9,426 nucleotides of DNA. Origin: PVC group bacterium (GTDB taxonomy: Bacteria > GCA-001730085 > JADFSZ01). Under the pieces are notes generated by a model. The model was not told the origin of the DNA and did no database searches. It saw nothing but the letters and a program-made list of their open reading frames with translations. The DNA is taken from NCBI GenBank assembly GCA_022560555.1, contig JADFSZ010000055.1, positions 1 through 9,426 on the forward strand, read 5' to 3'. Shown piece after piece: positions 5,792 to 9,426 of this stretch. Position numbers and translations under genes: made by a program. Numbering within the stretch: position 1 is the stretch's first letter; each line of letters opens with the position of its first letter.

Positions 5792-6557
5792 TCGGCGCTC
5801 TCGAGACATCCTAGCCGTTGACATCGGAAACACAACGATTTCTTTCGGTGTGGTTCGTAGGGGGCGACTGTTGTTTACGAGCCGTATGGAGACCGGCAAG
5901 AAAGCTCAGTCTCAGGACCGGATTGTGCATAAAGCCTGCAAAAAATATCACATCGATAAAATTGTTGTGAGCAGTGTTGTTCCTGAAAAAAACACGTGGA
6001 TGAAACGCGTGTCGCGAAAATATTTTTCCAAAACACCGCATTTTTTGGATGCCTTGGCTGTGAAAAAAATGGGAATTCGGATTGCCTACCGGCCTGTGTC
6101 TTCTGTCGGTGCTGACCGGCTGGCGCTGGCTCTTGCTTGTTTTTCCATGAAACTTCCGCTGGTGATTATCGATTTTGGGACGGCCCTCACTTTTGATGTT
6201 CTCAGTGATAAGAAAGAATACCTGGGGGGCATTATTTTTCCGGGCCCCGCGTTAGCCTTCAGGACGCTCGGTGAGAAGGCGAGCTTATTGAAAGGGATAG
6301 CCCCCTTGCGTGATCCAAAAAAAATACTTGGTTCATCCACACCGGAAAGCTTAGGGAGCGGAAAACAATACGGGTATTTATCTTTAGTCGAAGGAGTCAT
6401 CAGGCGACTCGAAAAACATCTTCGGCATCCTTGTACCGTAGTGTTCACGGGGGTCGATTCTAAATACGTGTATCAAGCGTACAAACATCCGCGTAAACAT
6501 TACAATCAGTTTCTTGTGCTCAAAGGATTGAGCCTTTGGGCACAAAATCTCACGTAG
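5784..6557 (+). CDS. coaX: Type III pantothenate kinase (CoaX)
   Basis: Motifs LAVDIGNTTISFGV (phosphate-1), VGADRLA and VIIDFGTALTFDV are the conserved CoaX/ASKHA signatures. About 257 aa, typical length. The ATG at 5784 overlaps the preceding gene's stop (5789-5791) by 8 nt. Confidence 0.9.
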   Translation: MSNRRSRDILAVDIGNTTISFGVVRRGRLLFTSRMETGKKAQSQDRIVHKACKKYHIDKIVVSSVVPEKNTWMKRVSRKYFSKTPHFLDALAVKKMGIRIAYRPVSSVGADRLALALACFSMKLPLVIIDFGTALTFDVLSDKKEYLGGIIFPGPALAFRTLGEKASLLKGIAPLRDPKKILGSSTPESLGSGKQYGYLSLVEGVIRRLEKHLRHPCTVVFTGVDSKYVYQAYKHPRKHYNQFLVLKGLSLWAQNLT

Positions 6558-6580
6558 AAACGATGGGATCGGAAGTGATA

Positions 6581-7684
6581 TTATTTGACCCCGGCCATGT
6601 CCGGAACAGGCAGGGGAACGTCTTTTTTGTGGGGAAGGTGCGGCATTTTTTCTGAATCAGGAGGGATGATGTTCGGCCCCAAAATCGTGCCTTTGATCGT
6701 TGCGAAAAATCCTTTGAGAGATCCGAACGTATAATCGACCGCCGTTGGTTCGTGACCGCAGTGGACCATGCAGTTGACACATTTTGGATTCCCGCTCGCT
6801 TGTCCGTATTTGTGCCACTCGGTTTTTTCCATGAGATCCTTAAACGTCGGAACATATCCTTCTTGCAGAAGATAGCAGGGCAATTGCCAGCCGAAAATAT
6901 TGTATGTTGGATTTCCCCATGGGGTACATTCAAAATGGCGTGATCCCGCAATGAATTCCAAAAAGAGAGGGGAATGATTAAACTTCCAGCTCTTTTTAGG
7001 TCGATAAAGCAACTCTCTAAAGAATTTATAGGATTGGTTTCTTTTAAGGAAGTGCTCTTGATCCGGAGCTTTGTCATAGCTGTAACCGGGAGACAGCATC
7101 ATGCTCTCAACGCCTAGAGCCATCATGTCATCCAAAAACCCGCGAAAATGTTCGCCGTCATGCCCGTCAAAAATGGTTGTATTGGTGGTGACGCGAAATC
7201 CGCGCTCAACGGTTTTTTTGATGGCCTGTACGGCTCTTTTATATGTCCCGTTTAAGCACACGGATATATCGTGCTCTTTCTCAGGTCCATCCATATGAAT
7301 GGAAAAACTCAAATATTTAGAAGGTGTGTATTGATCCATCTTCTTTTCAAGCAGAAGAGCGTTTGTGCATAGATATATGTATTTCTTTCGCTTGATGAGT
7401 GCTTCGACAATTTGAGGCATTTGAGGATGAAGTAAAGGCTCTCCTCCCGGAATGCTCACAATGGGAGCGCCGCATTCTTCGTCGGCTTGCATGCACTGCT
7501 CAAAACTTAACTGCTTCTTAAGAATATCTGCAGGATATTGGATTTTTCCGCAGCCCTTACAGGCAAGGTTGCACCGAAAGAGGGGCTCTAACATTAAAAC
7601 CAGCGGATATCGTTTACGTCTTTTGAGATGCTGCTTGATGACGTACGATGTGACAGTCCACATTTGTGAAATTGGAACACTCAT
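6581..7684 (-). CDS. hpnH: Radical SAM enzyme of the HpnH (adenosyl-hopene transferase, DUF3463-containing) family
   Basis: Radical SAM cluster motif CNLACKGCGK within YPLVLMLEPLFRCNLACKGCGKIQYP, then SIPGGEPLLHPQ, LCTNALLL and RVTTNTT. The C-terminal block APDQEHFL...NHSPLFLEFIAGSRHFECTPWGNPTYNIFGWQLPCYLL...KCVNCMVHCGHEPTAV matches HpnH sequences as I recall them, nearly colinearly. AGGAA RBS 8 nt upstream. Confidence 0.8.
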   Translation of the reverse strand: MSVPISQMWTVTSYVIKQHLKRRKRYPLVLMLEPLFRCNLACKGCGKIQYPADILKKQLSFEQCMQADEECGAPIVSIPGGEPLLHPQMPQIVEALIKRKKYIYLCTNALLLEKKMDQYTPSKYLSFSIHMDGPEKEHDISVCLNGTYKRAVQAIKKTVERGFRVTTNTTIFDGHDGEHFRGFLDDMMALGVESMMLSPGYSYDKAPDQEHFLKRNQSYKFFRELLYRPKKSWKFNHSPLFLEFIAGSRHFECTPWGNPTYNIFGWQLPCYLLQEGYVPTFKDLMEKTEWHKYGQASGNPKCVNCMVHCGHEPTAVDYTFGSLKGFFATIKGTILGPNIIPPDSEKMPHLPHKKDVPLPVPDMAGVK

Positions 7685-7697
7685 AACTTGATTTCCT

Positions 7698-9005
7698 TTA
7701 TAGACATAATCGACCCTCTAATCCCTCCGGGGCCGCTTGTGAGAGTTTAACGTTATATATCTGATTTTTTAAATGCTTGTCTGATTTTACAAAAACACGT
7801 ATGAAATTGCAAGTATAACCTAACCAAAATTCATGATCCTTTTCTTCAAATAAAACAGGTTTGATTTGGCCGATAAACGAAGCATTGTAGTGGCGGCGTT
7901 TATGTTCACTTAGGTGTCTGAGTTTGGCAGAGCGGGCTTTTTTGATAGCCTCAGACACGTGCCCTTTGAGGCCGCATGCACGCGTTCCGTCTCGCATTGA
8001 ATAGCTGAATACATGAGCATAAGCCAAGGGGCTTTTTTTGAAAAAGCAGCATGTGTCTTCAAAATCTTCCTCAGTCTCACCGGGGAATCCCACCATAATA
8101 TCTGTTCCAATGCAAATATCCTTAACCCGGGATTGTGCCATAGAGATAAATTCCTCAAATTCTTCTCGAGTGTATTTGCGTGACATGGCCTTAAGGGTCT
8201 TGTTTGAGCCGGATTGGAGAGGGATGTGTAGATAAGGCAGCAAGGCATGCGTATCGTCATTCATGGCTTTGAAAAGGCCGGGAGGAATCGTTGTGGGCTC
8301 TATGGAGCTGAGGCGTATTCTCTGAATGCCCGGGACTTCATTGAGCTTGTGGATGAGGGGCTCGATAGTGCTGTTTTCGCTTTGATATGTTCCAAGATTA
8401 ACTCCCGTAAGGATGATCTCCCGGGTTCCTTGTTGAGCGAGGGTGACGGCTTCATCAAGAATATTGGATAATTTACGACTTCGGGCACGTCCTCTCGCAA
8501 AAGGGATAATGCAAAAAGTGCACATAAAATCACACCCATCCTGAATTTTGAGATTTACGCGTGTGTTTAGCTTGGCCTGGCCGATGGGATCAATCGTAAA
8601 ATCTTCCCGAAGAAACTTATCCCTGATAATGACGGGTTCCTTGTTTTTCCCCAGATTGACGTAATGAAGCACATTGAGTTTTTCCTGATTGCCGATAATA
8701 AGGTCCACACCGGGAATGTTGGCAATAGCTCTATATCCCATTTGAGAGTAGCAGCCGACAACAGCCAGATAGGCGCCGGGGTTTTTCTTAATGAAAAAGC
8801 GAATGGCCCGCCGGGATTTTGCGTCAGCCATTGCTGTTACTGTGCATGTATTAATAATCGCCAAATCGGCTTTGTCCCCGAACGGAACGAGCTTGTATCC
8901 TGAATGCTCCAGTTGACGTGCCATAAGAGCCGTTTCGGATTGGTTGAGCCGACAGCCAAGGGTATGAACGGAGGCTTGTTTTGTTTGACTTTGTGTCTGA
9001 AGCAT
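7698..9005 (-). CDS. mtaB: tRNA (t6A37) methylthiotransferase MtaB (MiaB-like radical SAM)
   Basis: UPF0004 N-domain HTLGCRLNQSETALMA...INTCTVT...VVGCY. Radical SAM motif QDGCDFMCTFCIIPFARG. Further blocks LTGVNLG, IRLSSIEP, HLHIPLQSGS, MVGFPGETEEDF and a C-terminal TRAM-like region. Colinear with Bacillus YqeV/MtaB as recalled. Confidence 0.9.
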   Translation of the reverse strand: MLQTQSQTKQASVHTLGCRLNQSETALMARQLEHSGYKLVPFGDKADLAIINTCTVTAMADAKSRRAIRFFIKKNPGAYLAVVGCYSQMGYRAIANIPGVDLIIGNQEKLNVLHYVNLGKNKEPVIIRDKFLREDFTIDPIGQAKLNTRVNLKIQDGCDFMCTFCIIPFARGRARSRKLSNILDEAVTLAQQGTREIILTGVNLGTYQSENSTIEPLIHKLNEVPGIQRIRLSSIEPTTIPPGLFKAMNDDTHALLPYLHIPLQSGSNKTLKAMSRKYTREEFEEFISMAQSRVKDICIGTDIMVGFPGETEEDFEDTCCFFKKSPLAYAHVFSYSMRDGTRACGLKGHVSEAIKKARSAKLRHLSEHKRRHYNASFIGQIKPVLFEEKDHEFWLGYTCNFIRVFVKSDKHLKNQIYNVKLSQAAPEGLEGRLCL

Positions 9006-9053
9006 CCTTTACTCTCATTAAAAGTTAATAAACGTGGACTTATTCTAACTATA

Positions 9054-9082
9054 ATACTATGATCTTTCTATTTAAATCTCAA
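9054..9082 (-). promoter_or_regulatory. Candidate sigma70-type promoter for mtaB-hpnH
   Basis: On the minus strand: TTGAGA (9082-9077), a 17-nt spacer, then TAGTAT (9059-9054), about 50 nt upstream of the mtaB ATG. It lies in an AT-rich 202-bp divergent intergenic region. By-eye match only. Confidence 0.25.
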
Positions 9083-9207
9083 GTACCTTAAACAGCTGCG
9101 TCAAGAAGTGTCTGATTTTAAAACAAGAATTAAGATATAGATAACATTAAAGTTAAGAAGAATTTTATTGTCCTTATTTCGTCCGCGTGTACATAAGAGA
9201 AATTTTC

Positions 9208-9426
9208 ATGACACGGTTAAAAAAGCGAAAGTTTTATGATTCCGCATATGTTCCGCACGAAAATCGAAAGGCCACTATTTTAGCCTGTATTATGCTGTGG
9301 TCTTTGATATTTTGCTTTGTCATCACAAAATTTATTCTTGGAACCGTTGACATTGTCGGGCACAGCATGCTTCCAACGCTCAAAGACCAAGAGCGGTATG
9401 TGATAAATCGGATCGCGTACAATTTT
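9208..9426 (+). CDS. lepB: Signal peptidase I (LepB), N-terminal fragment running off the window
   Basis: Translation from ATG 9208: MTRLKKRKFYDSAYVPHENRKATILACIMLWSLIFCFVITKFILGTVDIVGHSMLPTLKDQERYVINRIAYNF. It has a basic N-terminus, a TM anchor and the SPase I box B motif G-x-SM-x-PTL containing the catalytic Ser. There is no stop before the window end, so it is absent from the ORF track. GTG 9187 is an alternative start. Confidence 0.8.
   Translation, partial: MTRLKKRKFYDSAYVPHENRKATILACIMLWSLIFCFVITKFILGTVDIVGHSMLPTLKDQERYVINRIAYNF

Noticed and set aside
6558-6580. Possible bidirectional terminator between the convergent coaX and hpnH
   Set aside because: The gap is only 23 nt. The sole inverted repeat is CGAT-ggg-ATCG, a 4-bp stem with no U-tract. 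That is too weak to call an intrinsic terminator.
9124-9163. Direct repeat AAGAATT (9124-9130 and 9157-9163) in the mtaB-lepB intergenic region
   Set aside because: A 7-mer of A/T-rich composition in a very AT-rich spacer is expected by chance.
233-9422. Short antisense or alternative-frame ORFs in the track (for example 233-448-, 516-818-, 748-1218-, 1001-1192+, 3591-3812-, 5270-5548-, 6086-6448-, 6550-7077-, 7910-8260-, 8664-8903+, 9234-9422-)
   Set aside because: Each lies entirely within a well-supported gene on the other strand or frame. They have odd, low-complexity composition, no RBS and no recognisable motifs. They are shadow ORFs.
1-9426. Scan for CRISPR arrays, tRNA/rRNA genes, IS elements, integrases and toxin-antitoxin or defence genes
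   Set aside because: I saw no periodic repeat-spacer structure, cloverleaf-like or rRNA-like segments, terminal inverted repeats or transposase/integrase motifs. Nearly the whole window is accounted for by the annotated genes.

Overview
By eye the window is moderately AT-rich bacterial DNA that uses the standard genetic code (TAA, TAG and TGA all end genes). About 60% of it (1-5791, + strand) is a tightly packed type II secretion / type IV filament operon in the canonical order gspF(3' end)-G-H-I-J-K-L-M. The GspL position is filled by one long polypeptide. It reads as an N-terminal ~71-aa extra domain, a basic/proline linker, a PilM-type actin-like domain, a PilN-type N-terminal motif, a TM helix and a PilN periplasmic domain. 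A PilO/GspM-like protein follows. The operon runs straight into coaX (type III pantothenate kinase) with an 8-nt overlap. The - strand carries an mtaB-hpnH pair (tRNA methylthiotransferase, then an adenosyl-hopene-transferase-type radical SAM enzyme, 13-nt gap). At the right edge an AT-rich divergent intergenic region leads into the 5' end of a signal peptidase I gene. That gene and the gspF fragment are missing from the ORF track because both run off the window. I saw no tRNA/rRNA, CRISPR array, IS element or integrase. Points worth follow-up: (1) the extra N-terminal domain on the PilMN/GspL-like protein aligns by eye to the ribosomal L7/L12 C-terminal domain; (2) the operon mixes Gsp-type pseudopilins with a PilM-PilN-PilO-type platform whose ASKHA phosphate motifs look degenerate; (3) the gspF-gspG spacer holds an exact repeated CATG-palindrome array; (4) the prepilin signals are unusual (Ala at -1, a 23-aa leader carrying T8/A6/A7 tracts). 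All homology statements are motif recognition from memory and by eye, not computed searches.
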